This document shows, piece by piece, positions 50,525-61,850 of a stretch of DNA of 64,000 bases (position 1 is its first letter; the number at the start of each line of letters is the position of its first letter). The notes beneath the pieces were generated by a model. It saw only the letters and a list, made by a program, of their open reading frames with translations, ran no database searches and had not been told where the DNA came from. Source of the DNA: Myxococcota bacterium (GTDB lineage: Bacteria; Myxococcota_A; Polyangia; Nannocystales; Nannocystaceae); contig JBCCHT010000005.1 of NCBI GenBank assembly GCA_039028615.1, positions 64,001 to 128,000 on the forward strand, given 5' to 3'. The position numbers and the translations under genes are program-made.

Positions 50525-53500
50525 GTCCCAGCAGTGCCGCCCCTCCGTCGCCCGGTGCGCCGGGCGGCACTCCTCCCGCGCCCCCCAAGACGCAGAGCGA
50601 CCCCGCTCGTCGTACGTGGCTCGGGTTCACCACCACCCGCCCCGTCGCGGTCTTGATGGTGTTCCTGGCGGTGATGGTCTTCGGCGGATTTTCGATCCGC
50701 CTGTTGCCCATCAACCTGATGCCGGACATCAGCTATCCCAAGCTGACCGTTCGCACCGAGTTCCCCGGAGCCGCTCCGGCCGAGGTCGAGAACAACGTCT
50801 CGCGTCCCCTCGAGGAGATGCTGGGCGTGGTCACCGGTCTCACCCGCATCGAGAGCATCTCCCGCGCGGGCTATGGCGACGTGGTGCTCGAGTTCGCCTG
50901 GGGCACCGACATGGACGAGGCCGGGCAGGACGTGCTCGAGAAGCTCGATACCGTCCGGCCCAACCTGCCCGACGGCGTCGAGCAGCCGCTGGTGCTGCGC
51001 TACGACCCCACCCTGGATCCGGTGCTCACCCTGACCCTCGGTGGCGAGGGCGAGCGCTTCGAGGGGGTCGACGGTCTCACGCTGCTGCGGCGCATCGCCG
51101 ATCGTGACGTCCGAAGGCTCGTCGAGCCCGTTCCCGGCGTCGCGGCGGTGAAGATCAAAGGCGGCCTCGAAGAGGAAGTCCATGTCGAGCTCGACGAGGG
51201 CAAGCTGCGGCGAACGGGCATTGGGATCGACGTCGTCACCCGGCGGCTCGAAGCCGAGAACATCAACCTGGCCGGCGGCACCATGCGCGACGGCCGGACC
51301 CGCTACCTGGTCCGCACCGTCAACGAGTTTCGCAGCCTGAAGGACATCGGCGAGATCGTCGTCGTGCGTCGCGAGGGCCGGGACATCCGGCTACAGGACA
51401 TCGCCAGCGTCGAGTCCGGCTACAAGGATCGCGAGGTCATCACCCGGGTCGACGGCCAAGAGGCGGTCGAGATCGAGGTCTACAAGGAAGCCGACGCCAA
51501 CATCGTCGAGATGGCACACGCCGTGCGTGACAAGCTCGACGGCAAGGTCGCGCCGCGCCTCGAACGGCAATACGACGCGACCATCACGGTCGCGTCCGAC
51601 CGGTCTCGCTTCATCGAGTCGAGCATTGCCGAGGTCCGGGGCACGGCCATCGGTGGCGGCCTGCTGGCGGTGCTCGTGCTGTTCTTCTTCCTCCGGGACC
51701 TTCGCAGCACCCTGATCGTCGCCATCTCGATCCCGGTCTCCGTGCTCATCACGTTCGCGCCGCTGTCGATCGCGGGCGTCTCCCTCAACATCATGTCGCT
51801 TGGTGGCTTGGCGATGGGGGTCGGCATGTTGGTCGACAACTCCATCGTCGTGCTCGAGTCGATCCATCGCTGTCGGCAAGAAGGCGACGACGTCATCAGC
51901 GCGACCTTGCGCGGGACCCAAGAGGTCGGCTCGGCGGTCTTCGCCTCCACCCTCACCACCATCGCCGTGTTCTTCCCCATGGTCTTCGTCGAGGGCGTGG
52001 CGGGGCAGATGTTCGGCGATCTCGGCCTGGCGGTGGTGTTCAGCCTGCTCGCTTCGCTGGCGGTCGCGCTGTTCCTCATCCCCATGCTCGCCTCCCGCAC
52101 CGGGTTGGCGGTGGGCGATACCTCGGTGGGGGTCATGCGAGGCCTCGGCCGCACCTGGATCCGCTGGGCCTCGGTCGCCGATCTCGTCGAGTACTTCCGC
52201 GGCATCCGTGAGCGCTTCTGGCGGGTGTTCTGGCTGCCCTACGCGCTGTTTCGGTTCTCGCTCCACCTGACGTTCGAGCTCATCGGCAAGGCCATCGTCA
52301 CCGCCTCGGTGCTCGTGCTGGTGGTGGTCCTCGGCATCGGCTGGGGACTGGGCAAGGTGCTGGGTTTGTTCGTGCGGCCGCCGCTGTGGCTGTTCGGCAA
52401 GCTCGTCGATGCACTCCAGCGGGCGTATCCGCCGCTCATTCGCTGGTGCCTGCGCAACCGGATCGTCGTGTACGTGCTGTTCTTGGGCTCGTTCGGGATC
52501 CTGGGGTGGGGGGCGCAGAACCTCGACACCGAGCTCATCCCCGAGCTCCACCAAGGTGAGTTCAGCGTCGACGTTCGAATGCCCGTCGGCACCCCCCTCG
52601 CCCGAACCGACCGTACCGTCGATCCCATCGAGGAGGAGGTCATCGAAAAGGTGCCGCACCTCGAGTCGTTGACGGTCACCGTGGGCAGTGAGCGCGACGA
52701 GGGCGATAGCGCCGATCGGGGAGAGCACACGGCACGCCTGCGGGTCACGCTCGAGGCCAAGGGCGAGGCCGAGTACCGCCTGCCGACCGGAGCGGCCCGG
52801 GCTGCCGCGCAGCAGAGCGAGGGCGAGGCCCTCGAGGCCATGCGCGAGGTCCTGGCCGGCATTCCCGACGTCTCCATCGCCGTGTCGCGACCGGTGCTCT
52901 TTTCGTTCAAGACTCCCGTGGAGATCGAGGTACGAGGGCACGACCTCGACGAGCTGGCCACCTCGACCGAGCTCATCACCGAGCGGCTGCGGCGTATCGA
53001 GGGGCTCCGCGACATCGAGTCTTCGATTCGCCCCGGCAGCCCCGAGGTCCACATCGTCTACGATCGCGATGCGCTGGCGAGGATGAACCTCGACGTGCGC
53101 ACGGTGGCCCAGCGGATCCGCGACGAGGTCCAGGGGGCCGAGGCCACTCGCTATACCCGGGGCGACCGCAAGATTCCCGTGCGCGTGCGCCTGGCCGACG
53201 CCGAGCAGGCCACCGTGGCCGAGCTGCGTCAGCTGGTGATCAACCCCGGCCTCGGTCGGCCCGTGCCGCTGCACGCGGTGGCCGACATCGAGGTCTCCCG
53301 TGGTCCCAACGAGATCCGCCGCATCGGTCAGCAGCGGGTGGGGGTCATCAGCGCCAACATCGAAGGCGTGGCCCTCGGGGCGGTCGCCGAGCGCATCAGC
53401 GCCGCGCTGGCCGAGCTGTCCCTCCCCGACGGGGTCGGCACCGCGGTCACCGGTCAGAGCGAAGAGTGGGAGACCTCGTCGCGGTCGCTGTTCCTCGCGC

Positions 53501-54234
53501 TCGGCCTGTCCATCTTCCTGGTCTACGTGATCATGGCCTCGCAGTTCGAGAGCCTGATCTACCCGCTGCTCATTCTGTTCACCATTCCCCTGGCCCTCGT
53601 GGGGGTCGTGGGGGTGCTGTGGTGGCTGCAGATGCCGATGTCCGTCGTGGTGTTCCTCGGCGGGATCATGCTGGCGGGCATCGTGGTCAACAACGCCATC
53701 GTTTTGGTGGACTACGCCGGGCAGCTCAAGGCGCGGGGCATGAGTACGGCCGAGGCGCTCGAGATGGCCGGTCGGGTACGGTTGCGCCCCATCCTCATGA
53801 CCACCCTGACCACCATGCTCGGGCTGTTGCCCATGGCCATGGGTACGGGCGACGGCGCCGAGATTCGGGCACCGCTGGCCATCACCGTCATCGCCGGGCT
53901 GGGGCTTTCGACTCTGCTCACCCTGGTCGTCATTCCCACGCTGTACGCGGGGATCGATCGACTCAAGGGGGAGAGCTACGTTGGCCCGGACATGGGGCGT
54001 CAGCTGGAGCAGGAACTCGCGGCGATCCGCCCCGAGCAGCTCGCGCCCGAGCTCGGTGACATCGCGGCGGAGCCTGCCGTGGCGTCGGAGGGCGCAAAGG
54101 GCCAGACCCAGGTCGCGCCCTCAGCCGAAGCTGGGGAGGTCGCGGAGTCGGCCACGGCACGGGGGCAGACGGTCGTGGCACCGCCGCCCGAGCCGAACGC
54201 CGCTTCGAGCGACGACACGGAGGAGCCCCAGTGA
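50521..54234 (+). CDS. RND efflux permease subunit 1 (AcrB/MdtB-like)
   Basis: GMLVDNSIVVLE, QFES...P, GIVVNNAIVLVD, RLRPILMTTLTT; ATGA coupling. Confidence 0.95.
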   Translation: MSPSSAAPPSPGAPGGTPPAPPKTQSDPARRTWLGFTTTRPVAVLMVFLAVMVFGGFSIRLLPINLMPDISYPKLTVRTEFPGAAPAEVENNVSRPLEEMLGVVTGLTRIESISRAGYGDVVLEFAWGTDMDEAGQDVLEKLDTVRPNLPDGVEQPLVLRYDPTLDPVLTLTLGGEGERFEGVDGLTLLRRIADRDVRRLVEPVPGVAAVKIKGGLEEEVHVELDEGKLRRTGIGIDVVTRRLEAENINLAGGTMRDGRTRYLVRTVNEFRSLKDIGEIVVVRREGRDIRLQDIASVESGYKDREVITRVDGQEAVEIEVYKEADANIVEMAHAVRDKLDGKVAPRLERQYDATITVASDRSRFIESSIAEVRGTAIGGGLLAVLVLFFFLRDLRSTLIVAISIPVSVLITFAPLSIAGVSLNIMSLGGLAMGVGMLVDNSIVVLESIHRCRQEGDDVISATLRGTQEVGSAVFASTLTTIAVFFPMVFVEGVAGQMFGDLGLAVVFSLLASLAVALFLIPMLASRTGLAVGDTSVGVMRGLGRTWIRWASVADLVEYFRGIRERFWRVFWLPYALFRFSLHLTFELIGKAIVTASVLVLVVVLGIGWGLGKVLGLFVRPPLWLFGKLVDALQRAYPPLIRWCLRNRIVVYVLFLGSFGILGWGAQNLDTELIPELHQGEFSVDVRMPVGTPLARTDRTVDPIEEEVIEKVPHLESLTVTVGSERDEGDSADRGEHTARLRVTLEAKGEAEYRLPTGAARAAAQQSEGEALEAMREVLAGIPDVSIAVSRPVLFSFKTPVEIEVRGHDLDELATSTELITERLRRIEGLRDIESSIRPGSPEVHIVYDRDALARMNLDVRTVAQRIRDEVQGAEATRYTRGDRKIPVRVRLADAEQATVAELRQLVINPGLGRPVPLHAVADIEVSRGPNEIRRIGQQRVGVISANIEGVALGAVAERISAALAELSLPDGVGTAVTGQSEEWETSSRSLFLALGLSIFLVYVIMASQFESLIYPLLILFTIPLALVGVVGVLWWLQMPMSVVVFLGGIMLAGIVVNNAIVLVDYAGQLKARGMSTAEALEMAGRVRLRPILMTTLTTMLGLLPMAMGTGDGAEIRAPLAITVIAGLGLSTLLTLVVIPTLYAGIDRLKGESYVGPDMGRQLEQELAAIRPEQLAPELGDIAAEPAVASEGAKGQTQVAPSAEAGEVAESATARGQTVVAPPPEPNAASSDDTEEPQ

Positions 54235-57200
54235 CCCCCGGAATCTCCGACTCCGGGATCGTCCGCCTGTCGCTGCGGCGGCCGATCACCATGATGATGG
54301 TGCTGCTGTCGGCCATCGTCTTGGGGTTCGTGGCGCTGGCTCGGATTCCCCTCGAGCTGATCCCGTCGGGCTTTTCTCCGCCTTTCATGAGCATCTCGGT
54401 CCCGTACCCCGACGCGACCGCAAAGGATGTCGAAGAGAAGATCACTCGGCCGCTCGAGACCGCGGTCGCGACGACCCCGGGCATCGACGTCATCTCCAGC
54501 TCGTCGCGGGCGGGTAGCGCCAGCATCACGATGCTCTTCGCGGCCGAGACGGACATGGACGTCGCGTATCGTCAGGTCCGGGACCGGGTCTCTCGGGTGC
54601 GGCCCGACCTGCCCAATGACGTCTCCCGGGTCGACATTCGCAAGGAGTCGGGGGCGGCGTTGCCCGTGGCCTTCTATGCCGTGGTCTGGGACGAGCAGGT
54701 CGCCGATCCGGCCACGATCATCGAGCGACGCATCGCGCGACCTCTCGAGCGCATCGACGGGGTCGGGGTGGTCAACGTCTGGGGCAACGCAAAGCCGGAG
54801 GTCTTCGTCGAGGTCGACCGGGCCCTGGCCGAGGCGGCGGGCATTCAGATCGTCGACCTGGTGCAGCGGCTGGGTCAGGCGAATTTCACCATGGCCAGCG
54901 GCTCGGTCATCGACCGTGACGGCAAGTATCTGCTGCGATCGCTGGCCTCGTTCGACGAAGTCGAGCAGATGTCCGATCTCGTGGTCAACGACGCGGGGAT
55001 GCGCCTGCGCGAGATCGCGACCGTCGAACTGAGGGCGCCCGACAAAGAACGCTTCGATCGATACAACGGCCAGCCTTCGTTGGTGCTGGCCGTGGTCAAG
55101 GAGTCGCAGGCCAATACCGTCGAAGTCAGCGACGCGATCAAGGCCGCGGTCGACGAGGCGGTTCTCCATCCCGATCTCAAGCAGTTCACGGTCGAGAAGA
55201 TCTTCGTCCAGGGAGACACGATCCGGTTCTCGCTCGATCAGGTGATGAGCTCGGGACGCCAGGGCGGGTTGCTGGCCATCTTCGTCCTGCTGTTCTTCCT
55301 GCGACGGCTGCGGCTGACTCTCATCATTTCGCTCGCCATTCCGCTATCGCTGTTCCTGTCGCTCCCGGTGATGTACTTCACCGGTCAGACCATCAACCTG
55401 GTCTCGCTGATCGGCCTGATGATCTGCATCGGCCTGGTGGTCGACAACTCGGTGGTGGTCGCGGAGAACATCGCTCGGTTCCGTCGGCGCGGCCTGGGGC
55501 CCTATGCCGCGGCGCTTCAGGGAACCGGCGAGGTCGCCATGGCCATCACCTTGGCCACGATGACCACCATCGTCGTGTTCCTGCCGGCGGCGCTGCTGTC
55601 CCAGGGCCCGACCCAGTTCTTCATGGTGCGCATGGTGACACCCGTGTGCGTGTCGCTGGTCGCCAGCCTCTTCGTGGCCGTCGTCCTGGTGCCGCTGGCC
55701 ACCGTCACCGGACTGGGTGGCGGGACGGTCAGCATTCGAAGCCGTGATGGCTTCGGCGGCCTCATGCAGCGCGCCGATGTGCTGTGGAAGGCGATTCTCG
55801 AGCGGATCTACGAAGCGACGGTCGGACGGATCAATCGCGGCTACGCCCGCCTACTGCGGCGGGCGCTACGACGCCGCATGGACGTCGTGATCATCGCCCT
55901 CTTTGCGCTGGCCTCGATGACGATCCCCGCCATGCACGTCCGGTGCGTGAACGGGGACGACTTCGGCACGCGCCGGGTGACCGTGCGCTACCAGATGCCC
56001 TCGGACACCACCCTCGAGGAAGCCGAGGAGTTCTTCGACAACATCGAGGCGCTGCTCGCAGAGGAGGCGGACAGCCTCTACATGGCGGGCGAGTACACCG
56101 GGTTCTCCGCCGAGCGGGGGGAGGTGCAGGTGTTCTTCCTCGAGCCCGAGCCGGGCCAGCCCTCGTTCGACGAGATGGCGCGGGCGGTGGTCGATCGCTT
56201 GCCCGAGCGCCCCGGCTGGCGCAAGACCTCGGAGCTCGCCGCCAGCGATGGCGCTCGCGACGACAGCTTCCGGGTGGCGGTCTACGGCAGCGATCACGAT
56301 CGCGTCCAGGACGCGACCGAAGACCTGCAAAACGCCTTGCTACGCGTCGAGGGGGTGTTGGGTGTTCACGACAGCGGCCGAGACGACCGTCGTCGCGACG
56401 AAATCTCCTTGGCGGTCTCGCGCGACATGTCCGAGCGCTTCGGCGTTCCGGCCAACACCGTCGCCAACACCGTCGCATACACGATTCGCGGCGCGCCCCT
56501 GCCTCGCTTTCACACGGACGAGCGCGAGGTCGATGTCCGGCTGCGCTATCGCAAGTCCGATCGCGAGGATGTCCGAGATCTCATGCGTTTCCCGGTCACC
56601 ACGGGGACGGGGGAGTCGGTGCCGCTCCAGGTGCTCGCCGAGCGCCGCGTGACCCGGGGCGAGACCAGCCTCAAACGCTACAACAAGCGGGTCAGCGGGG
56701 TCGTGCGTCTCGATCTCGAGCCCGACGGGCGGCCCGAGACCATCGCTCGGCTGCGCAAGGTCCTTCGGGGCTACCAGCTGCCCGAGGGCCTGAGCTTCGA
56801 CGCCGACACGGACCGACGGCGGCTCGATGAAATGCAGCAGGACCTCGCGGGAGCGCTGGGCTTGGGCACCATCTTCATCCTGCTGCTGATGGGCTTCTTG
56901 TTCGAGTCCTTCGTGCTGCCCCTGTCGGTGCTTCCCTCGATCCCGCTGTCCTTCGTCGGTGTCTACTGGTTCCTGTACGCCACCGACGAGAACATCGACG
57001 CGCTCGCGGGCATCGGCATGGTCCTGCTCATCGGCGTCGTGGTGAACAACGCCATCGTCTTGGTCGACTTCATCAACGGCGCGCGCAAGCAGGGCCTCGA
57101 CCGACTCGAGGCCGTGGTCCAGGCCGGGCGCCTGCGCTTCCGCCCGATCATGATGACCGCGCTGACGACCGTGGGCGGCATGCTGCCGCTCGCGTTCTCC

Positions 57201-57377
57201 GAGCCGACCGGCGAGGGCATACCCTATGGCCCCTTCGGCAAGACGCTCGTGGGCGGCATGATCACCTCCACGGTCTTGACCCTCCTCGTCGTGCCCGTGA
57301 TGTACACGCTGCTCGACGACCTGCGTCAGACCGGCCTGACCTGGTGGTCTCGGCTGCGCCGCATGGGCCGTCGCTGA
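54231..57377 (+). CDS. RND efflux permease subunit 2
   Basis: GLVVDNSVVVAE, GVVVNNAIVLVD, RFRPIMMTALTT; GTGA coupling. Confidence 0.95.
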   Translation: MTPGISDSGIVRLSLRRPITMMMVLLSAIVLGFVALARIPLELIPSGFSPPFMSISVPYPDATAKDVEEKITRPLETAVATTPGIDVISSSSRAGSASITMLFAAETDMDVAYRQVRDRVSRVRPDLPNDVSRVDIRKESGAALPVAFYAVVWDEQVADPATIIERRIARPLERIDGVGVVNVWGNAKPEVFVEVDRALAEAAGIQIVDLVQRLGQANFTMASGSVIDRDGKYLLRSLASFDEVEQMSDLVVNDAGMRLREIATVELRAPDKERFDRYNGQPSLVLAVVKESQANTVEVSDAIKAAVDEAVLHPDLKQFTVEKIFVQGDTIRFSLDQVMSSGRQGGLLAIFVLLFFLRRLRLTLIISLAIPLSLFLSLPVMYFTGQTINLVSLIGLMICIGLVVDNSVVVAENIARFRRRGLGPYAAALQGTGEVAMAITLATMTTIVVFLPAALLSQGPTQFFMVRMVTPVCVSLVASLFVAVVLVPLATVTGLGGGTVSIRSRDGFGGLMQRADVLWKAILERIYEATVGRINRGYARLLRRALRRRMDVVIIALFALASMTIPAMHVRCVNGDDFGTRRVTVRYQMPSDTTLEEAEEFFDNIEALLAEEADSLYMAGEYTGFSAERGEVQVFFLEPEPGQPSFDEMARAVVDRLPERPGWRKTSELAASDGARDDSFRVAVYGSDHDRVQDATEDLQNALLRVEGVLGVHDSGRDDRRRDEISLAVSRDMSERFGVPANTVANTVAYTIRGAPLPRFHTDEREVDVRLRYRKSDREDVRDLMRFPVTTGTGESVPLQVLAERRVTRGETSLKRYNKRVSGVVRLDLEPDGRPETIARLRKVLRGYQLPEGLSFDADTDRRRLDEMQQDLAGALGLGTIFILLLMGFLFESFVLPLSVLPSIPLSFVGVYWFLYATDENIDALAGIGMVLLIGVVVNNAIVLVDFINGARKQGLDRLEAVVQAGRLRFRPIMMTALTTVGGMLPLAFSEPTGEGIPYGPFGKTLVGGMITSTVLTLLVVPVMYTLLDDLRQTGLTWWSRLRRMGRR

Positions 57378-57500
57378 GCTCCGCGCGGCTCCGCCCGCCC
57401 GAGGGGGCGAGGGCTGGGGCCGTGGTTCGATCGCGGCGTGGGCTTCGGCGGTGGTCCCACCGGGGTGCGGTCGAGTGCGGGATGCGGGATAGTGGCGCTC

Positions 57501-58727
<1,227 letters not shown>

Positions 58728-58842
58728 GTTCGCGCCTCGACCCGGCGGAACCGTCGCCAACGGGTCGTACGTGTCCTGGTAACATTCTTCGTCGACACTG
58801 AGCCTCGAGTCGGTGGCGGTTCGGGAGGGCGGAGGGGCATCG

Positions 58843-60018
58843 ATGCAGTTTGCGGACGTTCTCAAGACCATCTTCGAGAAGATCGCCGGGTTCTTCGATG
58901 TCTTCGACTTGTCGTTCTTCGTGGCGGGCAGCATTGCTCTGGCTGCCCTGACCATGGAGGTGCACCTACTCGAGCGGGCCGACTACGCCGAGACCAAGGA
59001 CAAGTACGAGCGCGAGCAGAGACTGCGCCTCTCGGCCTACCACGACGCCGAAGGCAAGAAGACCGCTCTACAGAACGGCATCGCTGCTCTCAAGGTCGAG
59101 CGCGCCGAGCTTCAGAAATCATGGGAGACGCGGGCGGACGCCCTGGTGACGGCCAAGGAGGACGATCGTGCTCGCCTCGAACGTGCGGTCGTTCTCACTC
59201 GAATGGACCTCGAGCGGACTCGAGGGCGAATCCGTGACCACGAAGAGCGTCTCATCGTTGCGACGAGCCTCGCCGCCAGGAAAAAGGCCATCAGTGAGAT
59301 CGAACGCGAGACGCCTGTGCCGATCGTCGAGCGCTTTGTGCTCGACGCGAACCTCTTGCTGCTGGTGGTGGGAGTCTATGTCGCCGGCCTGATTTGTTTC
59401 GCGGTCGGGCGCAGGATTCGTGCGATCCCGGAGCGCTTCGAAAAGACCTGGCTGTTGAAGAGAGCCTACCGAGAACCGAGGGCGCAGCGTCTCGAGAATA
59501 CGCTGAACACCTCCATCGAATCCCATGGCTTGCAGGACGTGAGCGTGTTGGATCCGTACCTCAGAGAGTCGGGCGACGAGGACAAGAACAACGAGGCCGG
59601 AGCACCACGGAAGATCGGGTCTCCGAATCACGCATCGGCGCTCTACGGTCGCCTCTGGGTGCTTCTGCGGGAATCCAAGTCCAAGGAATCCTACGCGTTG
59701 GTCCGACGGTACTGGGTTCTGGCCGCGACCTACGACGGTGTGGCAACCGCATTGTTGTTTTGGTGTGCCGTCCTCGGACTTTGGATCCTGGGCGTCGGTA
59801 CGGGCCGGCCTCCATTCGGCGTCATTCTGGCGTTGGCGGGCGTCATACTCGTGCTCTTCGTCGTCAGTATTCTTTGCTACTCCGAAGCGCAGAAGTTCAA
59901 CGACACGCAGGCCTACGAGCTGATGCACACGCTCGCGCATGTTCGGGAACCGAGCACCACTCCGGCGCCGGCATCCCCCGCTGGACCCGCTGGCGCGACT
60001 CCTTCTCCCCCGTCGTGA
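58843..60018 (+). CDS. Hypothetical membrane protein with long coiled coil
   Basis: GGAGG RBS; TM - ~130-aa charged helix - TM - soluble - 2 TM. Confidence 0.7.
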   Translation: MQFADVLKTIFEKIAGFFDVFDLSFFVAGSIALAALTMEVHLLERADYAETKDKYEREQRLRLSAYHDAEGKKTALQNGIAALKVERAELQKSWETRADALVTAKEDDRARLERAVVLTRMDLERTRGRIRDHEERLIVATSLAARKKAISEIERETPVPIVERFVLDANLLLLVVGVYVAGLICFAVGRRIRAIPERFEKTWLLKRAYREPRAQRLENTLNTSIESHGLQDVSVLDPYLRESGDEDKNNEAGAPRKIGSPNHASALYGRLWVLLRESKSKESYALVRRYWVLAATYDGVATALLFWCAVLGLWILGVGTGRPPFGVILALAGVILVLFVVSILCYSEAQKFNDTQAYELMHTLAHVREPSTTPAPASPAGPAGATPSPPS

Positions 60019-60035
60019 ACGCCTGACCTCCTGCC

Positions 60036-60920
60036 TCAGAAGGTCAGCCCGGTCAGCTTCGTGCACTCACCACTCGAGATCCACTCATCCAGGTGCTTCG
60101 CCCGCATGATCGGAAACGGATGCGTGCGAAAGGCCGTGAGCCACACCTTGTAGACCTTGTTCAGCGTCGAATCATCCGCATCGTCATAGCTACGAATCTG
60201 ACGCATGAACTCGTCCGCATTCATCTCCGAGAACAAGGCCTCGGACCCGCCCGCGAGCTTCATGAAGGTCCGAATGGCGACGTCCTCGTCCTGGGAGCAG
60301 AGCAGGGCGGCCCGGTCGGCGGACAGCTCGGCTTTGCGGTACCAGTCGAGCAAGGGGAGGGCGAGGCCGGTACCGAGCAAGGAGCCGACGCCGAGGGTGG
60401 CGCGGCCGATGATGTCGATGACGACGCGGATGTTCTCGGCGAGCACGGTGTAGAGCACGTGGCCGCACTTGATGTGGCCGAGCTCGTGGCCGATGACGAA
60501 GAGGCGCTCTTGCTCGTCGAGCAGGTCGATGAGACCGGAGGTCAGAACGATGAAGGGACGCGTGTGCCCGTAGGTATAGGCGTTGGGCACCGGATCCATG
60601 TTGACGTACATCTCGGGCTCTTCGACGCCGAGGATCTTGCAGCCCCACTTCAGGTACCGGTACAGGCGGGGGAACATGTTGTCGGTGACCCGCACGTTGT
60701 CGGCGGTGTTCTCGAGGTAGAAGATGCGCTCGAGCCCGTACTCCATGATCTTGCGGGTGGCGAGCTCGAAGCCGGGAACCTTGCCCAGGCCCCGGGTGGC
60801 CTTGAGGTCCCACGGGTGCATGAGCTGATCGGTGTCGAGGTTCGGGAAAGTCCGAAGCTTGCGGCGCCGGGTGGCGTCCTCGGGGGCTCCGTCGTCGGAG
60901 GTGGGGTCGTCGGTGCTCAT
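60036..60920 (-). CDS. M48 family zinc metalloprotease
   Basis: PNAYTYG, GHELGH, ELSADRA, THP...R; ATGA coupling. Confidence 0.93.
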   Translation of the reverse strand: MSTDDPTSDDGAPEDATRRRKLRTFPNLDTDQLMHPWDLKATRGLGKVPGFELATRKIMEYGLERIFYLENTADNVRVTDNMFPRLYRYLKWGCKILGVEEPEMYVNMDPVPNAYTYGHTRPFIVLTSGLIDLLDEQERLFVIGHELGHIKCGHVLYTVLAENIRVVIDIIGRATLGVGSLLGTGLALPLLDWYRKAELSADRAALLCSQDEDVAIRTFMKLAGGSEALFSEMNADEFMRQIRSYDDADDSTLNKVYKVWLTAFRTHPFPIMRAKHLDEWISSGECTKLTGLTF

Positions 60921-61786
60921 TGTGCGGGCTTGCGGCGGTGTTCCTTGGCGATCGCGTCGGTGATGCGATCGTAGAGGTCCTGGCGCATCGGCGGCGTGAT
61001 CATGTGCCCCACGCCGTCGTAGGTATGGAGCGTGACGTCGAAGCCCCGCTCGACGAGAGTGTCGACGGCGAGCTTGGTGGGCTCATAGGCGACGGCGCGG
61101 TCGGTGGTTCCGTGCAAGGCGTGGATGGAGGGATAATCGACGCCGTCGGCCCTTTTTTCGGGGACCAGGGGCGGGGGCAGCCATCCTCCGACGGCGACTG
61201 CTTGGCCGACGAGGTCCGGGTGCTTCACGGCCAAGGTGAAGGTCAGCATGCCGCCCTGAGAGAAGCCGGTGACGACGGGCTTGCCTACGGTCGGCCGCTC
61301 CTTGCGGAGGTCCTCGATGCCGGCGGCGATGCGGTCGGCCGCGGTGGCGATGCCCTCGGACAGCGCCTCGACGTCGGGGTCGCGTGCGCGGATGGGGAAC
61401 CACGACCAGCCGCCGCCTTCGGTGGCATCGAGGCCCCGCGGCAAGATCAGACGCGCGGGCTCGGGGAAGGTGGCCAGCAGGTGCCGGAAGTTGTCAGGGG
61501 TGTCGCCGAGACCGTGGATGGCCACGATCATCGGAAGGGGGTCGTTGGGCTCGGCCGTGCCCAGCAAGACCTCGCGGTAGGCCAGGCCCGCCGCGGTGGA
61601 CCATGGAGGCTCGGTGGGGGCGGCGGGCTCGTTCGCCCCCGCGGGCGGGTTGGCGGCGGGTGATGCCTCGGCCTTGGCGGGGGCGGCGGGGTTCTTGGCC
61701 GGGGCCTTGCCGGCGGGCGGCGTCGAGACTTCGCACGCCAGCACGGCCAGCGCCAACAGGCCCCCTACGATGCGCGACATCGGCAT
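60917..61786 (-). CDS. Phospholipase/carboxylesterase (alpha/beta hydrolase) lipoprotein
   Basis: Lipobox VLAC; HGLGD, GFSQGG, HGTTD, GVGH. Confidence 0.9.
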   Translation of the reverse strand: MPMSRIVGGLLALAVLACEVSTPPAGKAPAKNPAAPAKAEASPAANPPAGANEPAAPTEPPWSTAAGLAYREVLLGTAEPNDPLPMIVAIHGLGDTPDNFRHLLATFPEPARLILPRGLDATEGGGWSWFPIRARDPDVEALSEGIATAADRIAAGIEDLRKERPTVGKPVVTGFSQGGMLTFTLAVKHPDLVGQAVAVGGWLPPPLVPEKRADGVDYPSIHALHGTTDRAVAYEPTKLAVDTLVERGFDVTLHTYDGVGHMITPPMRQDLYDRITDAIAKEHRRKPAQ

Positions 61787-61850
61787 GGGGCGAGGGTGGC
61801 ACGGGGGGCTTGGGGCCTACAAGCACAGGCCGGGGCCGCGCGCCCGCGGC

